A stretch of DNA of 64,000 bases from Malacoraja senta (GCA_038087875.1 JAXLNO010000405.1:1-64000), one strand, 5' to 3'. Shown: positions 37,144-51,317, counted from the first letter of the stretch. Notes: generated by a model from the letters alone, not told the origin. A program made the numbers and translations.

Positions 37144-40100
37144 ATATATATATATATATATAAATATTTTCTGGCCAATGTTCATTTTCAACCTCTCGAT
37201 CTCTGATTTTCCAAAGATTCAGTAAAAAACATCCCCCTACTATTTTGCTGAACACATGTTGGCTGTTTCACCTTCTCCAGAATAGATACAGACATGCTGT
37301 CCCTATGTCCACAGATGTTCAACGGAAACACAAGGAGACTCTGCGGACACAGACTGAAAGACTGAGTGTGAACACCATCCTGATGAAGGAGAAGGTTAAG
37401 AATTTCCTGCTGCTTGATCGATACGCTGAGCTCACAATCATCTCCACTGTTCGAGATCGGACACTGGTGGAACATGAGCTGTTGGCAAGAGGCCAGGACC
37501 ATGAGGAATGGCAAGAGAAGCATCTCCGGGGAGAACTGGAAAAAATCAGGACTGATCAATTGTTCCTGAGGAGCTTTTCCCAAAGTAAATCCGATCTGGA
37601 AGTTCAGCATCAGTAGCCGGAGTCCCGGGTAGTTCGTCTGCCGTGGCCGGAGTCGCGGGGATCGGAAAAACAACTATGGTGCAAAAGATTGTTCATGACT
37701 GGGCCACTGGGAAAATATACCCACACTTCCAGTTTGTCTTCAGTTTCAAATTCCGGTATTTGAACACTATTAACTGTAGAGTAACCCTGAGGGAACTGAT
37801 TCTGGATCAGTATCCTTACTTTGGGAATATGCTAGGAGAGGTCTGGAAGGACCCAGAGGGATTGCTGTTTATATTCGATGGTCTGATGAATTCAAGGGTA
37901 GAATCGATTTTGCTGACAGTCGGAGAGACACAGAACCTCAGCACAGTGCCCAGATCCTGAATCCCGGTGTAAGTGTCTGACATTGTGTACAGTTTAATCC
38001 AGCACAAGCTGCTCCCAGGGTGTTCAGTGCTAGTGACCACCCGCCCCACTGCGTTACATTTACTGGAAAAGGCAGAGATCAGTGTCTGGGCTGAAATCCT
38101 GGGATTTGTTGGTGAGGAACGGAAGGAAGATTTCACCAGGTATTTTGAAGATCAGTCGGTGGCAGCAGCTGTTTTCAAACACGTGAAGGAGAACGAGATC
38201 CTGTACACCATGAGCTACAACCCCTCCTACTGCTGGATCCTTGTCCTGACACTGGGCCCCTTCTTCACACAAAGACACCGGACCCGCAGCGAGTTCCCAA
38301 GACCATCACCCAACTATATGCTACTTTATTTACAACATCCTGAAAAACCACGGCCGTGAGATTGAGAACCCTCCGTGAGGTGTTACTGAGGGTTGGTCAG
38401 ATGGCCTACACTGGAGTGCTGAGAAGAACATTGTGTTCACAGATGGAGATTTGATCAAATACAAACTGCAGCCTTCCCAGTTCCTGTCCGGGTTCCTGAT
38501 GGAACTTTTGGAGAGAGAGGATTCAGCCCGAGCGTGGTGTACACCTTCCCGCACCTCACCATCCAAGAGTTTGTAGCCGCAATCGCACAATTCCTGACCG
38601 TAGATCCCAGGAATATCGTGAAATTCCTGTCTGAAGCCCACAGCACGACAGACGGGCGATTTGAAGTATTTCTCCGTTTGTCGCTGGTCTCTCCTTCCCA
38701 AGGGCAGCTCGGATCCTGGAGGAGTTTCTGGGTCCATTCCCTAATGAAACAATCTGCCGAGTGATTGACTGGGTGAAGGAGGAGTTTCAACGTCAGATTA
38801 GAAATGCAGGGAGTGAGTTTGGTAAAAGGAGGCTCCTGAACACCACTGCACTACCTGTTTGAGTCTCAGAATCCTGCACTGGCTAAGGAGACACTGGGAT
38901 CTGTGGAAACACTTTCATTCAGTGGACTGGGACTGACCCCGATTGACTGTGCGGTCCTGTCTCATGCATCAAGCTCTGTGATACAATCAAATACCTCAAT
39001 CTGGAGAGCTGCCGTATTCAGTGTGAAGGTCTCCAGCGGCTGGGACCGGATCTGCACAAGTGTCAGTACTTGAGGTAACTGTCCGTTTGACACGAACACT
39101 GAACTGTAAAATTGTTCCACTATTTTGTTATTCCGTCCAGCAGCCCTTCTATGGGGCCGAGCGGCCGTCACTGTGCACGAGGGGGGGGGGCACCCCTCCT
39201 CTTTTACCCCTGCTCCCCCAGGTCTCCGGTGATCGACCCCTTCCCCCGGGACACGCCTGTTGCGTGCCTGCCCTGCCCTGCCGCCGTTCTCTGCACGGGC
39301 AACATTTCCCGGTCGTTGGTCGGGGAATGAGAATAAATGGTGAAAGTCACCAAACACCACATCCATCCACAGAGATTTGTTCAATAATGTGCTGAGGTGT
39401 TTCCATAAATATCCGTTTGGGAGAAGTTATCTATCTCAGCCTCGCCGGGCCGGGGTTTGTATCAGTTTGTTTCTTACTCTGTCTGTTTGTGTTTAGTCTG
39501 GGACTCAACAACGACCTGGGAGATTCCGGAGTGAAACTGGTGTCTGCGGCTCTGAGGAACCCGGACTGTAAAATACAGAGACTGTGGTAAGTCCCAGACT
39601 GTGAGAGATTGTGTTTACACTCACTGGGTGTGTGTCTGACACTGAACATTAATACGATCAGTAATTGTGTCACTGATAAACACTGGGGATTTGCACCGTC
39701 TCCTGTCTCTCTCTGTCCCTTCACCCTCACTCTCTCTCATCTCCAGGCTGCATCGTGTCGGTCTCACAGATTCTGGAGCCGAGGATCTCGTCTCCGCTCT
39801 CAGTACAAAACCACACGGTGACGGACCCTGTGGCTGGGTGAGAATAAACTGGGAGATTCCGGAGTGAAAACTGGTGTCTGCGGCTCTGAGGAAACCGGAC
39901 TGTAAAATACAGATACTGGGGTAAGTCCCAGACTGTGAGAGATTGTGTTTACACTCACTGGGTGTCTGTCTGACACTGAACATTAATACGATCAGTAATT
40001 GTGTCACTGATAAACACTGGGGATTTGCACCGTCTCCTGTCTCTCTGTGTCCCTCACCCTCTCTCTCATCTCCAGGCTGGAACATGTCGGTCTCACAGAT

Positions 40101-40779
40101 TCTGGAGCCGAGGATCTCGTCTCCGCTCTCAGTACAAACCACTCACTGACGATGCTGTACCTGACAGACAACTTCCTCACAGACCGATGTGTCCCCACTC
40201 TCTGCCGCCTCATACTGAAACACCCGAGTCTGGAGGGGATCAGGTGAGTGTTTGTGTTAATGTTTAATGTGATGAAATATCGGGGATCCATCCATCCATC
40301 CGTGGCTTCTTTCTTCTGTGATTTTGTTCTGTAAGTGTGTGTTGTTGAAATATTAACCCAGTCCCAGTTATTGACACCGTTGTTTCATCTGTTTATTTCC
40401 TCTTTATTCCTCCACTTGTTTCAGGCTGGAGGGGAATAAGTTTGGTCGACTGGGAAGAAGGAACTGAGGTCGCTGCAGGAACCCAGACCCGGACTGAGTG
40501 TGTCCGTGTGAACATCTGGGGGTGTAAACGTCACCGCCCTGGGGACCGGAATATTGTTGGCCGATTCCCCGCCCTCCCCTTTAAACGGCCGCCCCGCCCT
40601 CCCCTTTAAACCCGACACTTCCTGTGCCGGCCGGGTGGTGACGTCAGAGGCGACCCTGCCTGCCCGCTGTCACCGGGTACGTGGCGCTGCTGCTGATGCT
40701 GCCGGATATCCGGTACTGCCTGCCTGCCCTCCAGTGGGGGACGGGGGAATTACAGCGGGTGGGGGACCTGCAGGATCAC

Positions 40780-41555
40780 ATAGAAACATAGACAATAGGT
40801 GCAGGAGTAGGCCATTCGGCCCTTTGAGCCTGCACCGCCATTCAATATGATCATGGCTGATCATCCAACTCAGTATCCTGTACCTGCCCTTCTCTCCATA
40901 CCCCCTGATCCCTTTAGCCACAAGGGCCACATCTAACTCCCTCTTAAATATAGCCAATGAACTGGCCTCAACTACCTTCTGTGGCAGAGAATTCCAGAGA
41001 TTCACCACTCTGTGTGAAAAAGTTTTTCTCATCTCGGTCCTAAAAGATTTCCCCTTTATCCTTAAACTGTGACTCCTTGTTCTGGACTTCCCAACATCGG
41101 GAACAATCTTCCTGCATCTAGCCTGTCCAACCCCTTAAGAATTTGTACGTTTCCTATAAGAACCCCCCTCAATCTTCTAAATTCTAGCGAGTACAAGCCG
41201 AGTCTATCCAGTCTTTCTTCATATGAAAGTCCTGACATCCCAGGAATCAGTCTGGTGAACCTTTTCTGTACTCCCTCTATGCAAGAATGTCTTTCCTCAG
41301 ATTAGGAGACCAAAACTGTACGCAATACTCCAGGTGTGGTCTCACCAAGACCCTGTACAACTGCAGTAGAACCTCCCTGCTCCAATACTCAAATCCTTTT
41401 GGTATGAATGCTAACATATCATTCGCTTTCTTCACTGCCTGTTGTACCTGCATGCCTACTTTCAATGACTGGTGTACCATGACACCCAGGTCTCGTTGCA
41501 TCTCTCCTTTTCCTAATCGGCCGCCATTCAGGTAATAGTCTACTTTCCTGTTTTT
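40780..41555 (-). mobile_element. CR1 3' fragment, present only in the gene A arm of the inverted duplication
   Basis: RDLGVMVH..VRPHLEYC..; absent at the homologous position near 55910. Confidence 0.85.
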
Positions 41556-41654
41556 CAATTCAATTCAATTCAACTTTAATGTCATTGCACAAATACTGAG
41601 TATGGGTACAACGAAATGCAGTTTTGCGTCAGTCCGTAGTGGTAGTGCAATATA

Positions 41655-43030
41655 GAAATTTTCCCACATCTTCCCATCTCCTCCCCTGTCGGCTTTCCGC
41701 AGAGACCGCTCCCTCCATAACACCCTGGTCAATTCGTCCCTTCCCACCCAAACCACCCCCCTCCCCTGGCACTTTCCCTTGCAACCGCAGGAAATGTTAC
41801 CCTTGGCACAAGCAGTCTTTCTGACAATATCCCAGTTAATAGTGGAATATTTTATGTATTTGATTAAGTAAAGATTAATTTGGGTTTTGGGTTCTGAGTA
41901 AATGAAAGCTTTGAAAATTGGGTTGTGTAGAAGGGCTGGGTAATCAGGAAATTGAGGCCAGCATTCAAACTGCATCCAAGCTGCTTCCTGTTGTGCCCAA
42001 GCAAAAGATATTGACAATGGTGAGAGGGGATGTACTTGCTGAGAAGGTTCTGGCTTCTGTAAACACAAGCCTTGGGAGAGGATGAGCTTCCTGAGAAATT
42101 GGTATTCTCTGCTAGCAGAAACTTCTGTGGGCAACTGACAAGGATCCTTACATTGTTTAAGAAGGTACTGCAGATGATAGACCTTTGACTAACTTCCTGT
42201 TATTTGGGGTTTTGTAACTAAAGTTTGTGATCGATATAACCATAGCATATTGTATTAATGACAAGCATGCTTTGAATGGGTAGAGCTGTGATTGATATGT
42301 TAGACGTCATTGCTGCCATTCTGTATGAACATGTGACTATTGTTGCCAAAACAGTATAAAAAGATGGTGTATGTCTTCATTCTTTAGAGTGATGGCCTGG
42401 GAGGAGTTAAGTATCTGCTATATACTTGACTTTGTATCTCCTAGCACTCTCTAGCTAAATGATCATTAAAGCTTGTATTGGTTTTACCTAACTTATTGTA
42501 AGTTGGCTGTTTTAAGAAAATGAACCTTACATTTCCAGGTGAGGCAGAGGTTCACCTGCGCCTCCTCCAACCTCATCTATTGCATCCGCTGCTCTAGGTG
42601 TCAGCTGCTCTACATCGGTGAGACCAAGCGCAGGCTCGACGATCGCTTCGCCCAGCACCTCCGCTCGGTTCGCAACAACCAACCTGATCTCCCGGTGGCT
42701 CAGCACTTCAACTCCCCCTCCCCCTCCCATTCCCAATCCGACCTTTCTGTCCTGGGCCTCCTCCATGGCCAGAGTGAGGCCCACCGCAAATTGGAGGAGC
42801 AGCACCTCATATTTCGCTTGGGCAGTTTACACCCCAGCGGTATGAACATTGACTTTTCCAATTTCAGGTAGTCCTGCTTTATCCTCCCTTCCCAGCTCTC
42901 CCTCAGCCCACCGTCTCCGCCTCTTCCTTTCTTCTTCCCGCCCTCCCCACCCCTCACCTCACATCAATCTGAGGAAGGTCTCGACCCGAAACGTCGCCTA
43001 TTTCCTTCGCTCCGTAGATGCTGCCTCACC
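41655..43030 (+). mobile_element. Penelope-like element fragment (GIY-YIG endonuclease) interrupted by a solo LTR
   Basis: NLIYCIRCSRCQLLYIGETKRRL..RFAQH..VAQHFN (42539-42871), followed by a pLTR-like tail with CTGAGGA..GAAAC. Confidence 0.85.
41822..42531 (+). mobile_element. Solo LTR (710 bp)
   Basis: TG..CA ends, 4-bp TSD TTTC, TATAAA near 42355 and ATTAAA near 42465. Confidence 0.85.
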
Positions 43031-43269
43031 TGGCGGTGGCGGTGGGGGTGGGGGGGTAGTCGGTTAGTTCAGTGTTGATGCCGCCCCCACCCCTCCCCCA
43101 GCAACCGCGCATTGACGCTCGCTCATTCACCAACTGTCGCCACTCGCGCTTGTTTCCCGCCCGATCCACGTCCCTTCAGCCGTTGCCGCCGTTATTTCCC
43201 GCCCGCCCGCTCGCTCTGGAAGAAGAAGCCGTTCAATGGCTCCCGGGCGACCCAACTGTCGACGCTCGC

Positions 43270-43930
43270 TCCCCCCCCACAACTGGGCGGCCCAACTGTA
43301 TTACACTCGCTCCCGGGCCCGACCCCCAACTGTATTACACTCGCTCCGGGCCCGACCCCAACTGTATTACACTCGCTCCCGGGCCCGACCCCAACTGTAT
43401 TACACTCGCTGTTAAAGAAGTAACTGCAGATGCTGGAAAATCGAAGGTACACAAAAATGCTCGAGAAACTCAGCGGTGCAGCAGCATCTATGGAGTGAAG
43501 GAAATAGGCAACGTTTCGGGCCGAAACCCTTCTTCAGACTGGAAAGTCAATAACGGCAACGTTTGGAAAAGAAAATAGAAGGGAGAGCAGTGGGGATTTT
43601 AACTCCTCCCCCTCTCTCCTCTCCCCTCACTCCTCTCCTCACCCCTCCCCGCTCTGTGTGTGTGTGTGTGTGTGGGGGGGGGGGGTAGTTGGTTAGTTCA
43701 GTGTTGAAGAAGGGTTTCGGCCCGAAACGTTGCCTATTTCCTTCGCTCCATAGATGCTGCTGCACCTTGCTGAGTTTCTCCAGCATTTTTGTGTACCTTG
43801 TATTACACTCGCTCCCGGGCCCGACCCCAACTGTAATACACTCGCTCCCGGGCCCGACCCCAACTGTATTACACTCGCTCCCGGGCCCGACCCCAACTGT
43901 ATTACACTCGCTCCCGGGCCCGACCCCAAG
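43270..43930. repeat. About 33-bp minisatellite (CCCCAACTGTATTACACTCGCTCCCGGGCCCGA)n in two blocks
   Basis: Blocks 43270-43410 and 43798-43930; related inverted array at 52605-53070. Confidence 0.85.
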
Positions 43931-46054
43931 TGTCTCCATTGGGACTTGTCTTGTCCACATTTTCCCCACTGTTCACTGTCACTGTTACAGTTCCATATAA
44001 ACAATGCGTTTCTGCCCGGGTTTTTAAAATTTCTCTTTGTTTTTGAGAATCTATTTACATTTCATTATTTCGATTTACACCATATTATTCAAAAAGATAA
44101 AGAAGGCTTTTCTTTTTTTGTTTTCCCGAACGTGGATGTTTTTTTTCTACAATATTTATTATTATTATTATTATTTATATTTGAATAATCTTGGTTTCTT
44201 GGTTTCTTGGCCCTCCAAAATATTCCAAATGTAATTTAAACTGGAGGTGGTGGAGGGAGGACTTCAGCCAGAAAGGGTTTTTGGGAAGAAAGAGCAACCT
44301 TCAATGTAGTTACATCTGGTTGGGTCACTATAGTAGGGTGGAGATTATTCCATGCTTTAATAAAATGTGCGGGTTGGGGAAGAAGAACAAATTGCTTTTT
44401 TTTAAAATGATTGCGTCGTCACTGTTTAACAAAACGTGGCGCTTATTTGATCGGCTGGAGTGAAGGGGGAGGAGGTAGAGGAGTGAGAGTGTGAGGGGAG
44501 ATGTGGAGGGAAGGGACTGTCCCTGTCTCTCACCCCACCTCTCTTTCTCCCCTCTCTCTCACCCCACCTCTCTCCATCTCTCTCACCCCTCTCACCCACC
44601 TCTCTTCCCTCTCTCTCTCCTCTCTCTCTCCCGTCTCTCTCCCCACCTCTCTCCCCTCTCTCTCACCCCACCTCCTCCCCTCTCTATTTCTCCCCCCTCT
44701 CTCTCACCCCACCTCTCTCTCCTCTCTCTCTCTCTCTCTCTCCTTCATCTCTTGTGTATGTCGTACACAGGCTAAAGTTGTAGGACAACTTGTTCTATTT
44801 GATCTTATTTGATTGTGCACGCCGGGTCGATTGCATTCGTCGAAACAGGGCGGACCAGGTGAAGGTTGCAATCTCCCACCCTCACTCTCTCTCTCCCCTC
44901 TCTCCTCCCTCTCCCGTCTCTCTCACCCCACCTCTCTCCCCTCTCTCTCTCCCCTCCCTCTCTCCACCCCTCTCTCTCCCCACTCTCTCGCCCCCATCTC
45001 TCTCCCCCCTCTCTCTCCCCCCTCTCTCTCCCCTCTCTCTCTCTCCCGTCTCTCTCGCCCCCATCTCTCTCCCCCCTCTCTCTCCCCCCTCTCTCTCCCC
45101 CCTCTCTCTCCCCCCTCTCTCTCCCCCTCTCTCTCCCCACTCTCTCTCTACCGTCTCTCTCGCCCCCATCTCTCTCCCCCCTCTCTCTCCCCCTCTCTCT
45201 CTCCCGTCTCTCTCTTTTAAGTCAAGACTAAAGACTTATCTATACTCCCAAGCCTTTCCTCACGTCCTCTGAGTGAGGGCTACATGTATATACGTAGGTA
45301 GTTTGTTTTGTTTGTGCTATTCTTATAACAAATGTAAAGCACTTTGGCCAACGAGAGTTGTTAACCCGCAGATGCTGCAAATGTGAAACAAAGACCCGCA
45401 GATGCTGCAAATGTGAATAAAGACCTGCAGATGCTGCAAATGTGAAACAAAGACCCGCAGATGCTGCAAATGTGAAATAAAGACCAGCAGATGCTGCAAA
45501 TGTGAAATAAAGACCCGCAGATGCTGCAAATGTGAAATAAAGACCGGCAGATGCTGCAAATGTGAAATGCAGACCCAGATGCTGCAGGTCTAAAATCAAA
45601 CCCACAGATGCTGCAGGTCTGAAATCAAACCGGAAAACACAACCTCAAGTTCCCATTTAGGTTGCACACCACCTCTACTTTAAAATATCGATGAGTCCAA
45701 ATGGTGAACTCTCTCCCCCAACAGATCCTGTCACACATGGGTGGAATTGGCTGCTCACAACTTCTGCTCAAATAAAAACAAATGCTGTTCCGACACATAA
45801 ACACAACTCAAACATTACCACACAGTTCTAATTCCAAGTAAGGTTACAATTGGCAAAGTCACGGGCTGTTAGGTGGTTAATTGGAATAAGTCCGGATATT
45901 ATTAACTGTATTTGGAACTTTGATAAATTATTGGAAAGGCTAAATTTCACGAGAGCATCAATTGAGGTGTATAGAGTAATGAGATGAGGGATGAAAGGAG
46001 GAGGACCACTTTCCCTGAGTAATTCGGTCGAATACAGGGTAGCACGGTGATACA

Positions 46055-46254
46055 NNNNNNNNNNNNNNNNNNNNNNNNNNNNNNNNNNNNNNNNNNNNNN
46101 NNNNNNNNNNNNNNNNNNNNNNNNNNNNNNNNNNNNNNNNNNNNNNNNNNNNNNNNNNNNNNNNNNNNNNNNNNNNNNNNNNNNNNNNNNNNNNNNNNNN
46201 NNNNNNNNNNNNNNNNNNNNNNNNNNNNNNNNNNNNNNNNNNNNNNNNNNNNNN
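46055..46254. other. Assembly gap (200 N)
   Basis: Run of N. Confidence 1.
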
Positions 46255-46464
46255 GTCTTTAATAAATACTTTCACAAAACTTGGCTGTCGTCTTTGTATC
46301 CGCCAAAATATCATATTTATATATAGTATAATACAGACTTGTATTATAACATTTTATATTCTTATATTACTATTTATATTTATTATTATTTATATTAATT
46401 TAAATTTATTATATTTATTTATATTTATTATTATTTATATTCATTCATATTTATATTAATTTAA

Positions 46465-49400
46465 TTTTTTTTTTTTTTTTTTTTGAAAATATTTTTTATT
46501 GGAGATAAGTTATTGGAGATATTATTGGAGATATTAACATCCTTACAGTCTTACATTTTTAACTTGATAATATTATCAATTATTATTACATTGTCTCCAA
46601 TACCTTTTGCCTTTAAAAAAAAAACTAAATAGAACTAAAAAGATAGATGAAGTAAAGAAAGAAGAGAGAGAAGAAAAAGAGAGAAAAAAAAACAACAAAA
46701 AACATAAAACAAAAAAAAAAGAGAAAGATAGTTAAAGAAGAATGGAAAAATTTATTAAAATAAAAACTTCATTCGAGATATATTCGTACATTTCAGAGTA
46801 TAGCATTTCATCCATTCTTTAGCCCGAGCATTAGTCAGGTTCCTGTGCTGAACCATTCTGACCCTTTAAATAATCAATAAAGGGAGACCATGTTCCAACG
46901 AATAATTCCTGTTTGTCCAACAGGGAAAATCTGATTCTTTCCACGTTTAAGGTCTCCGTCATTTCTATAATCCACATTTAGGGCCTTTCCAAAATTTTAG
47001 AATTAATTTTTTTCCTGTTATTATACTATAATCAATAAAGTTTCTTTGTGTTGTTGTAAATGTTTGATTTAATTCTAATGTTCCAAGTATTATTAATTTT
47101 GGATCCGGGTCCAATTGTGTGCTGGTCACTTTAAATATTATACTAAAAATATTTACCCAGAATTTTTTAATTTTTATACAGTTTGCAAACATATGAGATA
47201 AGGTAGCTTCTAAATGTTGACATTTATCACATATAGGTGAGATATGTTGAAAGATTTTATGTAATTTTGTTTTTGAATAATGTAACCTATGTATTACTTT
47301 AAATTGTATTAAAGAATGTCTGGCATTTAATGAACATTGATGTATGTGTTGTAAACTTTCTTCCCAAGTATCTTTCGTTATTATTTGATTTAATTCTTTT
47401 TCCCATGTTTGTCTGTGTAAGTCCGTCGATGGAATGTCACTGTCTAATAAGATATTATATATATAAGATATTAATTTTTCTGTATTAGGATGTTTATTCC
47501 AACATTTTGAGTATTCGATTTTACATAATCTCTGAGTTGAAGATATCTGAAATAATCATTTCCTCGAAGTCCATAAGTCTGTTGCAACTCCTGAAATGTC
47601 AGAAAAGTGCCTTCCTTATAAAGTTGTCCCATATTTTTAATTCCATAATTCTTCCATTGTGTAAAACCCCTGTCCAACCATGAGGGTTTAAACAAAGGGT
47701 TATTCACAATTGGGAGAAAAAGTGATAAATTATCTAATTTTAATGTCTTTTTTAATTGTTTCCAAATTCGTATGGCACTAAATATTATAGGGTTTTCCCT
47801 ATAAATTTTTTTGTTTAATTTAGATGTAGCAAATAATATCGAACCGATATCAAAAGGCAAACAATCTTCCTTTTCCATTTTTAACCAATCTGGTTGTTGA
47901 TCTATCCAACCAGAAATTCATATTTTTAATATTAACTGCCCAAATATAAAACAGAAAGTTGGGTAAAACCAAACCTCCATTTATTTTTGATTTACACAAA
48001 TGTCTTTTGTTTATCCTATGATTCTTATAATCCCAGATAAAATCATTAACAATGGAGTCCAATTTAAAAAAAAAGTTTTTTGACAAATATATCGGAATTG
48101 TCTGAAAAAGGTATAATATTTGCGGTAAAAAAATCATTTTTATGGCATTAATTTAGCCAACCATTGAGATAGGAAGTGTTTTCCAGTATTGAATATTCTT
48201 ATGTAGTTTATTCAGTAATGGGGGAAAATTTGCTTTAAATAATGATGTATATATCTTAGTTACATAGATAGCTAGGTATTTAAATTTTTTCGTTTACTAT
48301 TTTAAATGGAAATTGTTGTATTATGTGTTTGTTATGTTCCCTTATTGGCATAATTTCACTTTTATTCCAATTTATTCTGTATCCTGAGAGTGAACCAAAT
48401 TGGGTTATTAGCTCTAATAAGTTTGGAATACTAATTTCTGGTTTTGTAATGTAAATTAGTACATCATCTGCGTATAGAGAAATTTTATTCACTGTGTCCT
48501 TTGTGATATACCCATATATTTCCGGATGACCCCTAACTCTTTCTGCAAGTAGCTCAATAGCAAGCGCAAATAATAATGGAGATAACGGGCATCCTTGTCT
48601 ACAACCTCTAGATAGGCTGAATTTTGATGACAACCTTTGATTTGTTAATATTCTAGCTGTAGGATTTGTATATAACAGTTTTATCCATGTACAGAATTTC
48701 TCCCCTAGTTGCATATTTTCCATCACCGAAAATAAATAAGACCATTCAACCTGATCAAATGCTTTTTCAGCGTCGAGTGAGATTATTGCTAGATCTTCAT
48801 TAATAACTCTCTTAGAATAAATAATATTAAATAATCTTAGATTATAATATGAGTACCGTTTCTGAATAAAGCCTGTTTGGTCAGGCTTTATTCATTAATT
48901 CATTCATCACTGTACTTAATCTATGCGCTAGTATTTTAGTTAATATTTTCTGATCTGTATTTAAAAGTGCAATTGCTCTATATGATCCCGGATCTTCCGG
49001 ATCTTTATCAGCTTTAGGAATAAGTGGTATTATAGATTCATTTAAAGTATCTGGGAGTTTCTGTTGAGTATGCTCATACAGCCTTTGTAAACGTGGGCAG
49101 AGCAAGTCATAAATTTCTTTATAAAATTCAGAGCCTAAACCATCTGGTCCTACTGCTTTACCATTTTTTAAAGAGCCAATAGACTCCTCAATATCCTTTA
49201 TCGTAATCTCCCTTTCTAATAATTCTCTATCATTTGAATCTAAACCTTTTAAATTACATTTTAGTAAAAAATCTGCTATTCCTTCTGTTTGTGTTACAGT
49301 TTTAGTTGAATAAAGGTTATGATAGTATTGGAGAAATCTTTCATTTATGTCCTTGGGCATTTTTTATAATTCTCCTGTCTCTGTTCTAATTTTATGAATT

Positions 49401-51315
49401 ATTTTTTCCCCTTCCATTTTTCGTAACTGACGTGCTAATAGTTTTTGTGGTTTGTCTCCAAATTCAAAATGTAATTGTTTGGTTTTTTGATAAAGTTTTA
49501 TTACTTGTTCTGAATACATTTTATTTAATTTATATTTCAATACAGCAATTTTATTATGTTTTGAAATAGATGGCATTCTCGCATTTTCTATATCTAGAGT
49601 CAGTTATTAAAGATGGGATAGCAGCACATTTGGAAAGGGGTGAAATCATTTGACAAAGTCAGCATGGATTTACGAAAGGTAAATCGTGTCTGACGAATCT
49701 TATAGAATATTTCGAGGATGTAACTAGTAGAGTGGATAGGGGAGAACCAGTGGATGTGTTGTATCTGGACTTTCCGAAGGCTTTCGACAAGGTACCACAT
49801 AAGAGATTAGGATACAAATTTAAATCACACGGTATTGGGGGTTCAGTATTGATGTGGATAGAGAACTGGCTGGCAAACAGGAAGCAAAGAGAAGGAGTAA
49901 ACGGGTCCTTTTCACAATGGCAGGCAGTGACTAGTGGGGTACCGCAAGGCTCAGTGCTGGGACCCCAGCTATTTACAATTTATATTAATGATCTGGACGA
50001 GGGAATTGAAAGCAACATCTCCAAGTTTGCGGATGACACTAAGCTGGGGGGCAGTGTTAGCTGTGAGGAGGATGCTAGGAGACTGCAAGGTGACTTGGAT
50101 AGGCTGGATGAGTGGGCAAATGTTTGGCAGATGCAGTATAATGTGGATAAATGTGAGGTTATCCACTTTGGTGGCAAAAACGGGAAGGCAGACTATTATC
50201 TAAATGGTGGCCGATTAGGAAATGGGGAGGTGCAGCGAGACCTGGGTGTCATGGTACACCAGTCATTGAAAGTAGGCATGCAGGTGCAGCAGGCAGTGAA
50301 GAAAGCGAATGGTATGTTGGCCTTCATAGCAAGAGGATTTGAGTATAGGAGCAGGGAGGTTCTACTGCAGTTGTACAGGGTCTTGGTGAGACCACACCTG
50401 GAGTATTGCGTACAGTTTTGGTCTCCAAATCTGAGGAAGGACATTATAGCCATAGAGGGAGTGCAGAGAAGGTTCACCAGACTGATTCCTGGGATGTCAG
50501 GACTTTCATATGAAGAAAGACTGGATAGACTTGGCTTATACTCGCTGGAATTTAGGAGATTGAGAGGGGATCTTATAGAAACGTACAAAATTCTTGTGGG
50601 GTTGGACAGGCTAGATGCAGGAAGATTGTTCCCGATGTTGGGGAAGTCCAGGACAAGGGGTCACAGCTTAAGGATAAGGGGGAAATCCTTGGAAAAACTT
50701 TTTCACACAGAGAGTGGTGAATCTCTGGAACTCTCTGCCACAGAGGGTAGTTGAGGCCAGTTCATTGGCTATATTTAAGAAGGAGTTAGATGTGGCCCTT
50801 GTGGCTAAAGGGATCAGGGGGTATGGAGAGAAGGCAGGTACGTGATACTGAGTTGGATGAGCAGCCATGATCATATTGAATGGCGGTGCAGGCTCGAAGG
50901 GCCGAATGGCCTACTCCTGCACCTATTTTCTATGTATCTATGTAGTTGCTTGATTTCCCTTTCCAATGTTTGTTATTTAATCCTGTTCTCTTTATTATAA
51001 AATACTTGAGCAGAAATTAATGCACCTCGAACAAACGCTTTAAACGTTTCCCACATAAGAGAAGTAGGTGTGTCAGGGTTATCATTTACCTCAAAAAATA
51101 TTTGAATCTGTTGAATAATATATTCCTGGCATGATCTTTCGTTCAAAATTTGTGGGTTAAATCACCAATATGTTTGTTTCTCGGACATTACATTTAATTT
51201 AATCATGAATGTTACAGGTGCGTGGTCTGAGATTATAATATTATGGTGTTTTGAGTTATAAGTAAATGGGATAAACGTGGAGTCAACTAAAAAATAATCT
51301 ATTCTTGAGTATGTT
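46465..51315 (-). mobile_element. L1-clade LINE ORF2 (degenerate), interrupted by a CR1
   Basis: GKAVGPDG, SYRAIALLNTD, RQGCPLSPLLF, YADDVL; poly(T) at 46465-46484; endonuclease SRIDY..SDH region at about 51220-51310. Confidence 0.88.
49600..50943 (+). mobile_element. CR1 LINE 3' 1.3 kb nested in the L1
   Basis: 340-aa ORF 49732-50754 with AFDKVPH, GVPQGSVLGP, FADDTKL. Confidence 0.92.
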
Positions 51316-51317
51316 TA

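Larger units (their letters stand above)
18198..40511 (+). pseudogene. NLR gene A (CARD-like death fold, FISNA-like, NACHT, LRR); frameshifted as assembled
   Basis: GT-AG exons 18198-18258, 26470-26636, 31575-31746, 32953-33021, 37315-39074 (NACHT, GVAGIGKT), 39497-39586, 39747-39920, 40076-40243, 40425-40511. The first four are phase-compatible; the NACHT exon and last exon carry 1-nt indels relative to gene B. The first exon is the least certain. Confidence 0.8.

Noticed and set aside
45958..46314. ORFs spanning the run of N
   Set aside because: Artefacts of the assembly gap.
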